A stretch of DNA of 64,000 bases from Alphaproteobacteria bacterium (GTDB lineage: Bacteria; Pseudomonadota; Alphaproteobacteria; UBA828). Shown here in pieces: positions 50,381-61,803 of the stretch (the stretch's first letter is position 1; the number at the start of each line of letters is the position of its first letter). Position numbers and translations under genes: made by a program. The notes beneath the pieces are model-generated. The model ran no database searches and was not told the DNA's origin. It saw only the letters and a list, made by a program, of their open reading frames with translations. The stretch is taken from assembly GCA_965221125.1 (NCBI GenBank), contig CBDCRW010000004.1:480001-544000 (forward strand), given 5' to 3'.

Positions 50381-51370
50381 CTACTGGGCGAGGCAGCTGT
50401 CGTGGTTGTCGTTGTTGCAGACGTCGAGGCCCGTGTAGATCGGGTCGTCGACCTGCTTGCCCTCGGCAATGTCCTTCATGATGTGCATGGCCATGTAGCC
50501 CATCTCGAAGGGCCGCTGACCGACGTTGCCGTTGGCGAGGCCTTCGGCCAGCTGCTCCATCTGCATCGGCAGCGTGTCGGCGACGACGATGGTGAGCTCA
50601 CCGGCGTTCATGCGGTCCGTGTAGGGTGCGACGGCCTGACGATAGGCGTTGTCGTACCACTGCGTGAAGGCGCCGGTCGACAGGAACGCGGTGAGATCGG
50701 GATTGGCGGCCAGGATGTCCGTCATGCCGTTCACGGCGACGTTGCCGTCGTCGTTGGTGATGAGCGGACAGCCGGAGATCTCGGTCCAGCCGCCTTCGCC
50801 GGCCAAAGCCGCGCCGGGAGGCGTGCCCGTGTCGGCGCCGGCGAGCGTGTCGCGCGCGCCTTTCAGGCGCTCGTTGTGGTTGGCCGCCGCGGCGCCGCCG
50901 GTCTGCAGGCAGATCGTGCCGCCGTCCGCATGGCGCGCCATGACGAGCTTGGCGAGGTTGACGCCGATGTCGTAGTTGTAGGTGCCCACGTAGGTGGTGC
51001 GGAGACCGGCGTCCTCGGGCAGCAGGTCCGAATCCCAGGTCATCACCGGAATGCCGGCTTCCTGCGCGGCCCTCAGCGCCTTGGCCATCGCCGGCGCGTT
51101 GGACGGCGCCACCGCGATGCCGTCAACACCCTTGGAGATGAGGTCCTGAACGATCTGGATCTGCTCCATTTCGGTGTGCTCGCCAGGGCCGATGTACTCG
51201 CAGGTCACGTCCGCCAGCTCTTCCTGAGCCTTGTAGCAGCCGTCCCGGGCCAGATCGAAAAACGGATTGTTCATCGCCTTCGGCACGAGCGCGAAGGTGT
51301 AGTCCGCCGCCTGGACGATTCCGGGCGCGGCAAACGCCGCAACCACTGCGGCGATCAGAAGCTTCTTCAT
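50381..51370 (-). CDS. sugar ABC transporter substrate-binding protein
   Basis: Sec signal; VPKAMNNPFF, DGIAVAP, TWDSD, GQRPFEMG. Confidence 0.9.
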   Translation of the reverse strand: MKKLLIAAVVAAFAAPGIVQAADYTFALVPKAMNNPFFDLARDGCYKAQEELADVTCEYIGPGEHTEMEQIQIVQDLISKGVDGIAVAPSNAPAMAKALRAAQEAGIPVMTWDSDLLPEDAGLRTTYVGTYNYDIGVNLAKLVMARHADGGTICLQTGGAAAANHNERLKGARDTLAGADTGTPPGAALAGEGGWTEISGCPLITNDDGNVAVNGMTDILAANPDLTAFLSTGAFTQWYDNAYRQAVAPYTDRMNAGELTIVVADTLPMQMEQLAEGLANGNVGQRPFEMGYMAMHIMKDIAEGKQVDDPIYTGLDVCNNDNHDSCLAQ

Positions 51371-51406
51371 CGACTATCTCCCATCGGTTGAGGTTTGCAG
51401 GCGGTC

Positions 51407-52423
51407 TCAGTTGCGCCTGCGGTTGCGGATCTGCTCCAGAAGAACGGCCAGGATCAGGAACAGGCCTACGAAGAATTGCTGCCACAGGGCATCGATGCCT
51501 GCAAGGAGCAGCGAGTTTCGTATCAGCTCCATCAATCCGGCCCCGATCGGCGCGCCGATGGCAAACACGACTCCGCCGAGCAGGTTGGCGCCGCCGATGA
51601 CCGAGGCGGCGATCACGTTGAGCTCGTAGGTGAGGCCGAGAGCGTTCGTCACCGAGCCGAACCAGCCGACCATCAGGAAGGCGGCCAGGCCGGCGCAGAG
51701 CGAGCAGACGACATAGACGGAGACGATGACGCGCTCCACGGGGATGCCCGAGAGCTTCGCGGCCTGCGCGTTGCCGCCGATGGCGATCACCCAGCGGCCC
51801 CAGGTCGAGAAGCGCCAGACCCACGAGAAGACGATGGTGAGGAATATCAGCACCCAGACCGGGTTCGGCACGCCGATGACGCTCGAGCCGCCGATCCACT
51901 CGAACAGGTCCTGGTCGGGCCCGAAATTGTAGATCATCTTGTTGTTGGAGACGACCATGGCGATGGATCGCGCCATCGCCAGCATCCCGAGAGTCACGAC
52001 GAAGGGCGCCAATCGCAGGTAGGCGATGAGCACGCCGTTCACGAGGCCGACCAGTGCCGCCACACCCATGCAGGCCACGAAGCCCAGGCCGATGCTGTGG
52101 CCCGCCTGCATCACCAGGCCGGCGACGATGCCCGTGAGCCCCATCAGGGAGCCCACCGAGAGATCGATGCCCGCCGTGCAGATCACCGCGGACATGCCGA
52201 GCGCCATGATGCCGAAGAAGGCGAAGTTGCGGGTGATGTTGAACAGGTTTCGCTCGGTCATGAACACGTCCGAGACGAAGGTCATGGCGATCACGATCAC
52301 GCAGATCGAGACGAGCACCCAGAAGGGCTGCGTGCGGAAGGCGGCCTGGAGCCCGGTCAGCTCCTGCCTTTGTGTGACGCTCTCGTCGATCTCGGCGAAG
52401 GATTTCCGGTCGGGATCCGTCAT
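51407..52423 (-). CDS. sugar ABC transporter permease (RbsC-like)
   Basis: GIDLSVGS, PFVVTLG, AIGGN..AA.LSGI, YEL.VIAA.VIGG. Confidence 0.92.
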   Translation of the reverse strand: MTDPDRKSFAEIDESVTQRQELTGLQAAFRTQPFWVLVSICVIVIAMTFVSDVFMTERNLFNITRNFAFFGIMALGMSAVICTAGIDLSVGSLMGLTGIVAGLVMQAGHSIGLGFVACMGVAALVGLVNGVLIAYLRLAPFVVTLGMLAMARSIAMVVSNNKMIYNFGPDQDLFEWIGGSSVIGVPNPVWVLIFLTIVFSWVWRFSTWGRWVIAIGGNAQAAKLSGIPVERVIVSVYVVCSLCAGLAAFLMVGWFGSVTNALGLTYELNVIAASVIGGANLLGGVVFAIGAPIGAGLMELIRNSLLLAGIDALWQQFFVGLFLILAVLLEQIRNRRRN

Positions 52424-53160
52424 GCCTGCTCGATCGCCCCAGTAATCAGTCCCGTCACTTCTTCGGGGCTCGTGTCCTTGATCGCCTTGTCGGAGACCTT
52501 CCTGCCGCGGCGCAGCACGGCGACCCGGTCGCAGACCGCGAACACGTCCGGCATTCTGTGGGAGACCAGCACGACGGCATGGCTGGTCTCCTTCAGGCGC
52601 TCGATCAACGCGAGGACTTCGGCGACCTGGCGGACCGAAATTGCCGCCGTCGGCTCATCCATCAGCACCAGCTTCGGGTCCGAGAGGCGGGTGCGCGCGA
52701 TCGCGACCGCCTGACGCTGCCCGCCCGACATCTGGCGCACGAGATCGCGCGGCCGGGTCTCGGACTTGAGCTCGGTGAAGAGCTCGCCCGCGCGCCGGAA
52801 CATGGCCTTGTGGTCGAGATAGCGGAACGGCCCGAAGCGCTTCTTGCGCTCGCGGCCCAGGAACACGTTGGCGGCGGCGGTGAGATTGTCGCAGAGCGCG
52901 AGGTCCTGATAGACGATCTCGATGCCGTGCTGGCGTGCGTCGATCGGCTTGTGGAAATGGACTTCCTCGCCTTCGATGCGGATCGAGCCTGCCGTCGGCG
53001 GGTAATTGCCGGCGACGATCTTCATCAGCGTCGACTTGCCCGCGCCGTTGTCGCCCATGAGGCCCACCGCCTCGCCGACGGAGACGGTGAGATCGACGTC
53101 CTGCAGGGCCTGAATTGCACCGAAGCTCTTCGAGATGCTCTCGAGTTCGAGCAGGCTCAC
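52420..53160 (-). CDS. sugar ABC transporter ATP-binding protein
   Basis: GDNGAGKST, SGGQRQ, DEPTAA. Confidence 0.92.
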   Translation of the reverse strand: MSLLELESISKSFGAIQALQDVDLTVSVGEAVGLMGDNGAGKSTLMKIVAGNYPPTAGSIRIEGEEVHFHKPIDARQHGIEIVYQDLALCDNLTAAANVFLGRERKKRFGPFRYLDHKAMFRRAGELFTELKSETRPRDLVRQMSGGQRQAVAIARTRLSDPKLVLMDEPTAAISVRQVAEVLALIERLKETSHAVVLVSHRMPDVFAVCDRVAVLRRGRKVSDKAIKDTSPEEVTGLITGAIEQA

Positions 53161-53286
53161 TCCGGGTTCTCCCGCATTGCAGCGCTCCGGGCGTCGGACA
53201 CGCGGCCGACGCCCTTCATGCCGCGACTAAAGCCGCATTTCTCGCCAATGTCACGGTCTGCGTCGAGGGGACCGCAGCAACCGGCG

Positions 53287-54294
53287 TCAGGCGATTTCGG
53301 AGACCTGGACCAGCCGCTTTTCCTTGATCGACACGTAGGCCGCCTCGGCCAGGATGAGGGCGCGGCGGCCGTCCTCGAAGCTCACCTCGGGCTCTTCGCC
53401 CTTCTCGACCGCATCGACGAAGGAGTCGATCTCGGCCATGAAGGCCTCGGTGTAGCGCTCGATGAAGAAGTAGAGGTAGGGCGCGGCGACCTCGCCGCTC
53501 TTCGCCGAATAGCGCCGCATCTCGTGGGGCTTGCGGTTGCCGGACTGCACCATGCCCTGCGACCCCATCAGCTCGATGCGCTGGTCGTAGCCGTAGACGG
53601 CGGTGCGCGAGTTGTTGATGTGGCACTGCTTGCCGCTCGCCGTGCGCATCACGATCATGGCGGTGTCGATCTCGTCGAGCTCCCCCATGAGCACGGGGTC
53701 GATCAGCGCGCCCGCCACCGCGAAGACCTCGACCGGCTCCTCGCCCAGCATGTAGCGGGCGAGGTCGAAGTCGTGGATCGACATGTCGCGCAGCAGCCCG
53801 CCGGCCGCCTCGAGGTAGCCGCGCGGCGGCAGCTCCGGGTCGCGCGAGGTGATGATGACCTGGTGGAGGTCGCCGATCTCGCCGGCGAGCACGGCGTTGC
53901 GCGCGGCGCGATGGCCCGGATCGAAGCGGCGGTTGAAGCCGATCTGCACGGGCACGGAGGAGCCGGCGATCCGGGCCCGGCAGGCCTCGACGCGGGCGAG
54001 GCCGAGATCGATGGGCTTCTCGCAGAGCGTGGGCTTGCCGGCGTCCACCGCCATCTCGATGTAGTCGGCGTGGGTCGGCGTCGCGGACGCGATCAGGACC
54101 GCGTCGACCTCCGCCGAGGCGAGGACCTCCTCGACGCTAGCCGCGACGCGGGCGCCCTCGCGCGCGGCCACGGCCGCCGCCGCTTCTGCATCGATGTCGT
54201 AGACCAGGGGAAGAGAGGTGCGCGGGTGACGCCCGACATTGGCCGCGTGCATCTGGCCGATGCGCCCGCACCCGAGAACCGCGATACGCAACAT
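53287..54294 (-). CDS. iolG: inositol 2-dehydrogenase
   Basis: GCGRIG, CEKP, GFNRRFDP, TSRDP, DMSIHDFD, YGYDQRIE, FFIERY; gaggag RBS. Confidence 0.85.
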   Translation of the reverse strand: MLRIAVLGCGRIGQMHAANVGRHPRTSLPLVYDIDAEAAAAVAAREGARVAASVEEVLASAEVDAVLIASATPTHADYIEMAVDAGKPTLCEKPIDLGLARVEACRARIAGSSVPVQIGFNRRFDPGHRAARNAVLAGEIGDLHQVIITSRDPELPPRGYLEAAGGLLRDMSIHDFDLARYMLGEEPVEVFAVAGALIDPVLMGELDEIDTAMIVMRTASGKQCHINNSRTAVYGYDQRIELMGSQGMVQSGNRKPHEMRRYSAKSGEVAAPYLYFFIERYTEAFMAEIDSFVDAVEKGEEPEVSFEDGRRALILAEAAYVSIKEKRLVQVSEIA

Positions 54295-54347
54295 CCCAAT
54301 CTCCTCTTGCAAGTCTGTGCCGTTCGGCGATCAGCGCCGCGGCGGGG

Positions 54348-55481
54348 TCAGGCCTCGACGGGGAGCCAGCGCCGCTCGCGCGAAGACCGCTGGATCGTCT
54401 CCACCAGGGTCTGGATACGCAGGCCGCCGCGGAAGTTGAAGGGTTCGGGACCCCGACCCGCCAGGGCGTCGACGTAGCCCGCGATCTCGATCGCCTTCAG
54501 GTCGTTGAAGCCGAGCTGGTGGCCCGCGCCAGGGCAGAAGCGGCCGTAGGGCGGATGATCCGGCGCGGCCTCGATGCGGCGGAAGCCGCGCCGGCCCGGC
54601 GCATCGTCCACGCTGTAGTAGTGCAGCTCGCTGAAGCGCTCCTGGCTGAAGGCGAGCGCGCCCTTGGCTCCGTAGACCTCGAAGTCGTGCTGCATCTTGC
54701 GCCCGGTCGAGATCCAGTTGCCCTCGACGGAGCCGGTGGCGCCATTCTCGAACACGACGAAGGCGCGGCCCAGATCGTCGACCTCCATGGTGCGCCGGCC
54801 GCCCCCTTCGTCGGTGCGCTCGGCGATCATGGTCACGCAATGCCCCATCACCTCGGCGATGGGCCCCAGCAGATACTCCGCCGTGGCGAGCGCGTGGCTG
54901 CCGATATCGGCCAGCGCGCCCCCGCCCGCCGGCTCGTGGCGGAAGTTGGGCGGCGCCTCGGCATCGGTCATGTAGTCCTCGCAGTGGATGCCGCGGTAGC
55001 CGAGGATCGCGCCGAGCTCGCCGGCCGCGATCATCGCCCTTGCTGCCGCCATCATCGGGTTGCAGAGGTAGTTGAAGCCGACCTGCGTCTTCACGCCTGC
55101 GGCTTCCGCCGCCTCCGTCATCGCGCGCGCGTCCTCGACCGAGGTTGCGAGCGGCTTCTCGCAGTGGACGTGCTTGCCCGCGGCGATGGCCGCGAGCGAC
55201 ATCTCCTTGTGCAGCGCGTTGGGCGTGGTGACGTGGATCACGTCGATCTCGGGATCGTCGATCATGGTGCGCCAGTCGGTCGTCCACCGGCCGAAGCCGA
55301 GCGAGTCGGCGGCACCGGCCGCAAGCTCCTCCGTGACGTCGGCGACCGTATGCAGAACTGGCGCGAGCGGCAGGCCCAGGACCCGCTGCGCCGTCGCATA
55401 GCCGAAGACATGGGCCTTGCCCATGTAGCCGGTGCCGATCAGGCCGATGCGGAGCGGCGGCTTCTCCGCCGCAGCCGGCAT
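54348..55481 (-). CDS. Gfo/Idh/MocA family oxidoreductase
   Basis: GTGYMG, TPNALH, CEKPLA, DIGSH, GHQLGFNDLK. Confidence 0.88.
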   Translation of the reverse strand: MPAAAEKPPLRIGLIGTGYMGKAHVFGYATAQRVLGLPLAPVLHTVADVTEELAAGAADSLGFGRWTTDWRTMIDDPEIDVIHVTTPNALHKEMSLAAIAAGKHVHCEKPLATSVEDARAMTEAAEAAGVKTQVGFNYLCNPMMAAARAMIAAGELGAILGYRGIHCEDYMTDAEAPPNFRHEPAGGGALADIGSHALATAEYLLGPIAEVMGHCVTMIAERTDEGGGRRTMEVDDLGRAFVVFENGATGSVEGNWISTGRKMQHDFEVYGAKGALAFSQERFSELHYYSVDDAPGRRGFRRIEAAPDHPPYGRFCPGAGHQLGFNDLKAIEIAGYVDALAGRGPEPFNFRGGLRIQTLVETIQRSSRERRWLPVEA

Positions 55482-56290
55482 CAGTAGATGCTCCCGGACT
55501 TCACCTCGGCGCCGTCCCGGCCGACCAGGCTGCGCCATTCGGCGACCGAGGCGCCTGCGGCGGCCGCGAGCAGCCGCGAATCGGCCGCGACCGTGGTCCA
55601 CTCGTAGCCCCACTCGATGGCGCGGAACGCGTATTCGGGCGTGCCGCAATGGATGCCCGCCTTGATGCCGTTGGCCCGGCAGGCATCGGCGATGCGGCGG
55701 ATGATCTCGATCATCTCCGGCTCTTCGCGGTCGAGGGCGGGCGGCAGCCGCCCCTGCTGGGTGCCGAGGGTGAGGTCGGCGGGCCCGACGTAGACGCCGT
55801 CGACGCCGGGGGTGGCGCAGATCTCGTCCAGGTTGCGGACCCCGTCGGCGGTCTCGATCATCGCCATCGCGAGGACCTCGCCGTTCGCCTCGACCCCGTA
55901 ACCCGGATCGGCGACGGCCGCGCGCGTCGGCCCGAAGCTGCGCTGGCCGAGCGGCGGGTAGCGCATGTAGGAGACGAGCGCTTCCGCGTCCTCGCGGTTG
56001 TTGACCATGGGGCAGATGATGCCCATGGCGCCGGCGTCGAGCGCCTTCATGATGATGCCCGGCTCGAGCCAGGGAACGCGCGCCAGCGGCGTGACGCCGG
56101 TCGCGCGCACCGCCTGCAGCATGGGAAGGAGCGCGGCATAGTCGAGCGCCCCGTGCTGCACGTCGATGTTGATCGCGTCGTAGCCCTGGCCGGCCATGAT
56201 CTCGGCCGTGAAGGGGTTGCCGATGGAACACCAGCCCACGAGCACCGGCTGTCCCGAGGCCCAGATGTCTTTCAGCTTGTTGCGTTGCAT
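55481..56290 (-). CDS. HpcH/HpaI aldolase family protein
   Basis: DVQHG, LDAGA.GIICPMV, RYPP.G.RS, MIET, GPADL; TGATG overlap with the next gene. Confidence 0.9.
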   Translation of the reverse strand: MQRNKLKDIWASGQPVLVGWCSIGNPFTAEIMAGQGYDAINIDVQHGALDYAALLPMLQAVRATGVTPLARVPWLEPGIIMKALDAGAMGIICPMVNNREDAEALVSYMRYPPLGQRSFGPTRAAVADPGYGVEANGEVLAMAMIETADGVRNLDEICATPGVDGVYVGPADLTLGTQQGRLPPALDREEPEMIEIIRRIADACRANGIKAGIHCGTPEYAFRAIEWGYEWTTVAADSRLLAAAAGASVAEWRSLVGRDGAEVKSGSIY

Positions 56291-56471
56291 GTCGTTCCCC
56301 TCAACTGGCGGGCCGGACCGGGCGCGGTCTCGCCGGGCTCGCGGGTCCCCTCGCTGCGGCGCTTTCCTATCATTGCTGGCGGCGGAAGGCGAACCGCCAC
56401 CTCCCAATCCGACAATCCCTTACTCGGGGAATGAGGGCGCTCGCAAGGCGGCAACCGGCCCCGCGGCCTTG

Positions 56472-56500
56472 TTGACTCGCTTCGGCCTCCGGGGCTAAAT
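56472..56500 (+). promoter_or_regulatory. putative sdh promoter
   Basis: TTGACT-N17-CTAAAT upstream of sdhC. Confidence 0.4.
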
Positions 56501-56549
56501 CGCGGGCGGTGGCGCGGCCCGCCCCAGGGCCCGATCTCAGAGGTGATTC

Positions 56550-56966
56550 GTGGCAGAGCAAACAAGCGGCAGCAGCGTTCGCGCGCGACCGATCTCGCCA
56601 CACCTCACCGTCTATCGCCCGCAGCTCACCTCGGTGCTCTCGATTCTACACCGCTTGACCGGCGTGTTCCTGGCCTCCGGCGCGGCGATGCTCTGCGCCT
56701 GGCTGCTGACCGCCGCCGCAGGCGAGCGCTACTACGACTGGACCGCGTGGTTCCTCACCTCGTGGCTCGGCTACGCGCTGCTGGCGGCCTGGTCCTGGTG
56801 CCTCTTCTACCACCTCTGCAACGGAATCCGGCACCTGTTCTGGGATGCTGGGCTCTGCCTCACGCTCCGCCAGACCTACGCGTCGGGCGCTGCCGTGGTG
56901 GTGGCCTCGTTCGTGCTGACCGGGCTCGCCTGGGGCCTCGGCCTCGCCTGCAACCTGGCCGGCTGA
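56550..56966 (+). CDS. sdhC: succinate dehydrogenase cytochrome b556 subunit
   Basis: RPISPHL, SILHRLTG, HLCNGIRHLFWD. Confidence 0.95.
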   Translation: MAEQTSGSSVRARPISPHLTVYRPQLTSVLSILHRLTGVFLASGAAMLCAWLLTAAAGERYYDWTAWFLTSWLGYALLAAWSWCLFYHLCNGIRHLFWDAGLCLTLRQTYASGAAVVVASFVLTGLAWGLGLACNLAG

Positions 56967-56974
56967 GGCACGCC

Positions 56975-57358
56975 ATGGCACTGCAGACCCCGCTCGCCAA
57001 GGTCCGCCATCTGGGCTCCGCCAAGGAGGGCGTGAACCACTGGTGGTGGCAGCGGCTGACCGCGATCCTGCTGGTGCCGCTCTCGCTCTGGTTCGTGGGC
57101 TCGCTCCTGTCGCTCGTGGCGGCTGGCGCCGACCGCGACGACTTCGTCGACTGGCTCTCCGGCCCGGTTGCAGCCGTGCTGATGCTGCTCTTCCTCGGCG
57201 CCACCTTCTACCACCTGAAGCTCGGCCTCCAGGTGGTGATCGAGGACTACGTGCACGGCACGTGCAAGTGGGTGCTGCTGATCCTGAACACGCTGATGTG
57301 CCTCCTGCTGGGGCTTGCAGCGCTCTATTCCGTGATCCTCATCGCGGTGCAGGGGTGA
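56975..57358 (+). CDS. sdhD: succinate dehydrogenase membrane anchor
   Basis: [28 protein letters not shown]. Confidence 0.95.
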   Translation: MALQTPLAKVRHLGSAKEGVNHWWWQRLTAILLVPLSLWFVGSLLSLVAAGADRDDFVDWLSGPVAAVLMLLFLGATFYHLKLGLQVVIEDYVHGTCKWVLLILNTLMCLLLGLAALYSVILIAVQG

Positions 57359-57362
57359 GCGC

Positions 57363-59156
57363 ATGACCGCCGCCTACCCGATCACCGAGCACCACGACGA
57401 CGTGGTGGTGGTGGGTGCCGGCGGCGCCGGCCTGCGCGCGACCCTCGGCCTCGCCGAGGCCGGGTTGCAGACCGCCTGCATCAGCAAGCTCTTCCCCACC
57501 CGCAGCCACACCGTGGCAGCGCAAGGGGGCATCTCGGCCGCGCTCGGCAACATGGAGGAGGACGACTGGCGCTGGCACATGTACGACACCGTCAAGGGGT
57601 CGGACTGGCTCGGCGATCAGGACGCGATCGAATACCTCTGCAAGGAGGGCCCCCGCGCCGTCATCGAGCTCGAGCACTACGGCGTGCCCTTCTCGCGCAC
57701 GCCGGACGGCAAGATCTACCAGCGCGCCTTCGGCGGCATGAGCCTCAACTACGGCGAGCGCCAGGCGCACCGCACCTGCGCCGCCGCCGACCGCACCGGC
57801 CATGCCATCCTGCACACGCTCTACCAGCAGTCGCTCCGCCACAAGGCGGCGTTCTTCATCGAGTACTTCGCCCTCGACCTGGTGATGGACGAGGAAGGAG
57901 CCTGCCGCGGCGTGCTCGCCTGGAACCTCGACGACGGCACGCTCCACCTCTTCCGCGCCCACATGGTGATCCTGGCGACCGGCGGCTACGGCCGCGCCTA
58001 CTTCTCCGCCACCTCGGCCCACACGTGCACGGGCGACGGCAACGCCATGGTGCTGCGCGCAGGGCTGCCGCTGCAGGACATGGAGTTCGTGCAGTTCCAC
58101 CCGACCGGCATCTACGGCTCCGGCTGCCTGATGAGCGAGGGGGCGCGCGGTGAGGGCGGCTACCTCATCAACTCGGAGGGCGAGCGCTTCATGGAGCGCT
58201 ATGCGCCCAACGCCAAGGACCTCGCCTCGCGCGACGTGGTCAGCCGCTCGATCACCATGGAGATCCGCGAGGGACGCGGCGTCGGGCCCGAGAAGGACCA
58301 CATGCACCTGAAGATGGACCATCTCGGCGCCGAGGTGCTGAACGAGCGCCTCCCCGGCATTACCGAGACGGCCCGCATCTTCGCCGGCGTCGATGCCTCC
58401 AAGGAGCCGATCCCGGTGATTCCCACCGTCCACTACAACATGGGCGGCATTCCCTGCGTCTACACCGGCGAGACGGTGACGGTGCGGGACGGCGACCCCG
58501 AATCCGTGGTCCCCGGCCTGATGTCGGTGGGCGAGGCCGCCTGCGTCTCGGTCCACGGCGCCAACCGGCTGGGGTCGAACTCGCTGCTCGACCTCGTCGT
58601 CTTCGGCCGCGCGGCGGCGCAGCGCTGTGCCGAGACCGTCGAGGCAGGCGCGCCCCACAAGCCGATGGGGAACGGCGCGCTCGACAAGAGCCTCGACTGG
58701 TTCGACCGGCTCCGCCATGCCAAGGGCGCCACGCCCACGGCGTCCATCCGCCTCGACATGCAGCGCACCATGCAGGAGCACGCCGGCGTCTTCCGCACCC
58801 GCGACATCATGGAGGAAGGTGCGCGCAAGCTCGACGGCGTCTGGGACGGCTTCCGCAACGACATCAGCGTCGCCGACCGCTCGCTCGTCTGGAACTCCGA
58901 TCTCGCCGAGACCATCGAGCTCGACAACCTTATGCGCCAGGCGAGCGTCACGCTTCACTCGGCGCTCAATCGGGAGGAGAGCCGCGGCGGCCATGCGCGC
59001 GAGGATTTTCCTGACCGCGACGACGACACGTGGCTCAAGCACTCCATCGCCTGGCTCGACGACGACGGCAAGACTCGTCTCGACTACCGCCCGGTGCACA
59101 TGCAGACGCTCAGCAACGAGGTCGAGACCATTCCTCTCAAGGCACGGGTCTACTAG
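57363..59156 (+). CDS. sdhA: succinate dehydrogenase flavoprotein subunit
   Basis: [34 protein letters not shown]. Confidence 0.97.
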   Translation: MTAAYPITEHHDDVVVVGAGGAGLRATLGLAEAGLQTACISKLFPTRSHTVAAQGGISAALGNMEEDDWRWHMYDTVKGSDWLGDQDAIEYLCKEGPRAVIELEHYGVPFSRTPDGKIYQRAFGGMSLNYGERQAHRTCAAADRTGHAILHTLYQQSLRHKAAFFIEYFALDLVMDEEGACRGVLAWNLDDGTLHLFRAHMVILATGGYGRAYFSATSAHTCTGDGNAMVLRAGLPLQDMEFVQFHPTGIYGSGCLMSEGARGEGGYLINSEGERFMERYAPNAKDLASRDVVSRSITMEIREGRGVGPEKDHMHLKMDHLGAEVLNERLPGITETARIFAGVDASKEPIPVIPTVHYNMGGIPCVYTGETVTVRDGDPESVVPGLMSVGEAACVSVHGANRLGSNSLLDLVVFGRAAAQRCAETVEAGAPHKPMGNGALDKSLDWFDRLRHAKGATPTASIRLDMQRTMQEHAGVFRTRDIMEEGARKLDGVWDGFRNDISVADRSLVWNSDLAETIELDNLMRQASVTLHSALNREESRGGHAREDFPDRDDDTWLKHSIAWLDDDGKTRLDYRPVHMQTLSNEVETIPLKARVY

Positions 59157-59171
59157 GGAGGTCGGTCACCG

Positions 59172-59951
59172 ATGGCGCAACTCACGCTCCCGCAGAACTC
59201 GAAGGTCGGCAAGGGCAAGCACTTCCCGGTGGAAGCGGGCGGGAGCAACACCCGGCGCTTCAAGATCTACCGCTACGATCCCGACGGCAGCGAGAACCCG
59301 CGCACGGACACCTACGACCTCGATCTCGACCGCTGCGGCCCGATGGTCCTGGACGCCCTCATCACGATCAAGAACGAGGTGGACTCCACGCTCACCTTCC
59401 GCCGCAGCTGCCGCGAGGGGATCTGCGGTTCCTGCGCCATGAACGTCGACGGCACCAACACACTCGCCTGCATCAAGCCCATCGACGAGGTGAAGGGCGA
59501 GGTGCGCATCTACCCGCTGCCGCACATGCCGGTGGTGAAGGACCTGGTGCCCGACATGGCGGACTTTTATGCCCAGTATGCTTCCATCGAGCCCTGGATG
59601 AAGACGGACACCGCGCCGCCGTCGTCGACCGAGCGGCTGCAGGCGCCGGAGGACCGCGAGAAGCTCGACGGCCTCTACGAGTGCATCCTCTGCGCCTGCT
59701 GCTCGACGAGCTGTCCGAGCTACTGGTGGAACAGCGATCGCTACCTCGGCCCCGCGACCCTGCTGCAGGCCTACCGCTGGCTTGCCGACAGCCGCGACGA
59801 GGCCACCGGCGAGCGGCTCGACGAGCTGGAGGACCCCTTCCGCCTCTACCGCTGCCACACCATCATGAACTGCACCCGCACCTGCCCGAAGCACCTGAAC
59901 CCGGCCAAGGCGATCGCCGAGATCAAGAAGATGATGGTTGCCCGCCGCTAG
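59172..59951 (+). CDS. sdhB: succinate dehydrogenase iron-sulfur subunit
   Basis: [33 protein letters not shown]. Confidence 0.97.
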   Translation: MAQLTLPQNSKVGKGKHFPVEAGGSNTRRFKIYRYDPDGSENPRTDTYDLDLDRCGPMVLDALITIKNEVDSTLTFRRSCREGICGSCAMNVDGTNTLACIKPIDEVKGEVRIYPLPHMPVVKDLVPDMADFYAQYASIEPWMKTDTAPPSSTERLQAPEDREKLDGLYECILCACCSTSCPSYWWNSDRYLGPATLLQAYRWLADSRDEATGERLDELEDPFRLYRCHTIMNCTRTCPKHLNPAKAIAEIKKMMVARR

Positions 59952-59994
59952 TGTCGTTTCCCGGAAGAACGCATGAAATACCTTGGCCTCCCAC

Positions 59995-60084
59995 CGTCAT
60001 GCCCGGACTTGTTCCGGGCATCCAGCCACAATAGGCGTGGCCGGGGTTGCCTCGTGGATGGCCGGGACAAGCCCGGCCATGACG
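59995..60084. repeat. CGTCATG-type palindromic REP doublet
   Basis: cgtcatgcccggacttgttccgggcatcca ... tggatggccgggacaagcccggccatgacg: two inverted, self-palindromic units 30 nt apart. Confidence 0.8.
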
Positions 60085-60125
60085 TGCGGGAGTTTGTGAA
60101 CGTCGGTGCCGGGACAGGACGCTAA

Positions 60126-61112
<987 letters not shown>

Positions 61113-61129
61113 CAAACTTAGTTCGTCAC

Positions 61130-61768
61130 TTACGCAGGATGACGAGTAATAAAATCTCGCACGCTTTGCAATAGTAGCGACACCTGATCTTTAGTGTACG
61201 CGGAATAGTTACCATGCGCCGCGTCGTTTCTTAGACCAAGCCACGCCGTTACGTTTTTTTGATCAAGCTTGGAATACACTTTTTGTTTGGCTAACTCCGC
61301 GTTTAATTCGTCGACTTTCTTTGCCTTGCCGTTACGTTCAGTGCTGATGCTGTGCTTGCTACACATATTTTTCAGATGAACTTCAAGCGTGCCTCCTGTC
61401 AGCACCGCAGCGGCATCCTTATAATCGTTGTCCAACAGATGCATAGCCATTTCAAAGTAGTCACCAAATACATTTCCATGCAATAGCTCTTCAACGGATT
61501 GTAGGTAGCCGTTGCGGATGTCAGAAATCAAAGCTTTCGCTATTCCTATTTCCATCTGAAGACAAACCCAATCTCTGCTCTCATTTTTTCTAAGCTCTAC
61601 GACGTTCGTACAATACGCAGAAGTTGAGCCTGAAGCTCTTTTGACTGCGGCAATGCAACGAGTTCGGAGTTCGGCAATTCCTCCGTAATCAAGATCAGTC
61701 CCCTGAGCAGTGCGCTCGTCGTATTCGGAGACAACATCTGCCAATTGCTGTTCGAAGACTTGTGTCAT
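61130..61768 (-). CDS. AT-rich hypothetical protein with HEPN-like (DUF4145-type) C-terminal domain
   Basis: DAAAVL.GGTLE.HL helix and RNDAAH (Rx4H) motif; composition and codon usage clearly foreign. Confidence 0.7.
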   Translation of the reverse strand: MTQVFEQQLADVVSEYDERTAQGTDLDYGGIAELRTRCIAAVKRASGSTSAYCTNVVELRKNESRDWVCLQMEIGIAKALISDIRNGYLQSVEELLHGNVFGDYFEMAMHLLDNDYKDAAAVLTGGTLEVHLKNMCSKHSISTERNGKAKKVDELNAELAKQKVYSKLDQKNVTAWLGLRNDAAHGNYSAYTKDQVSLLLQSVRDFITRHPA

Positions 61769-61803
61769 TAGTTTTCCAGGCTGCTAGACAATTTCCGAGT
61801 TCC

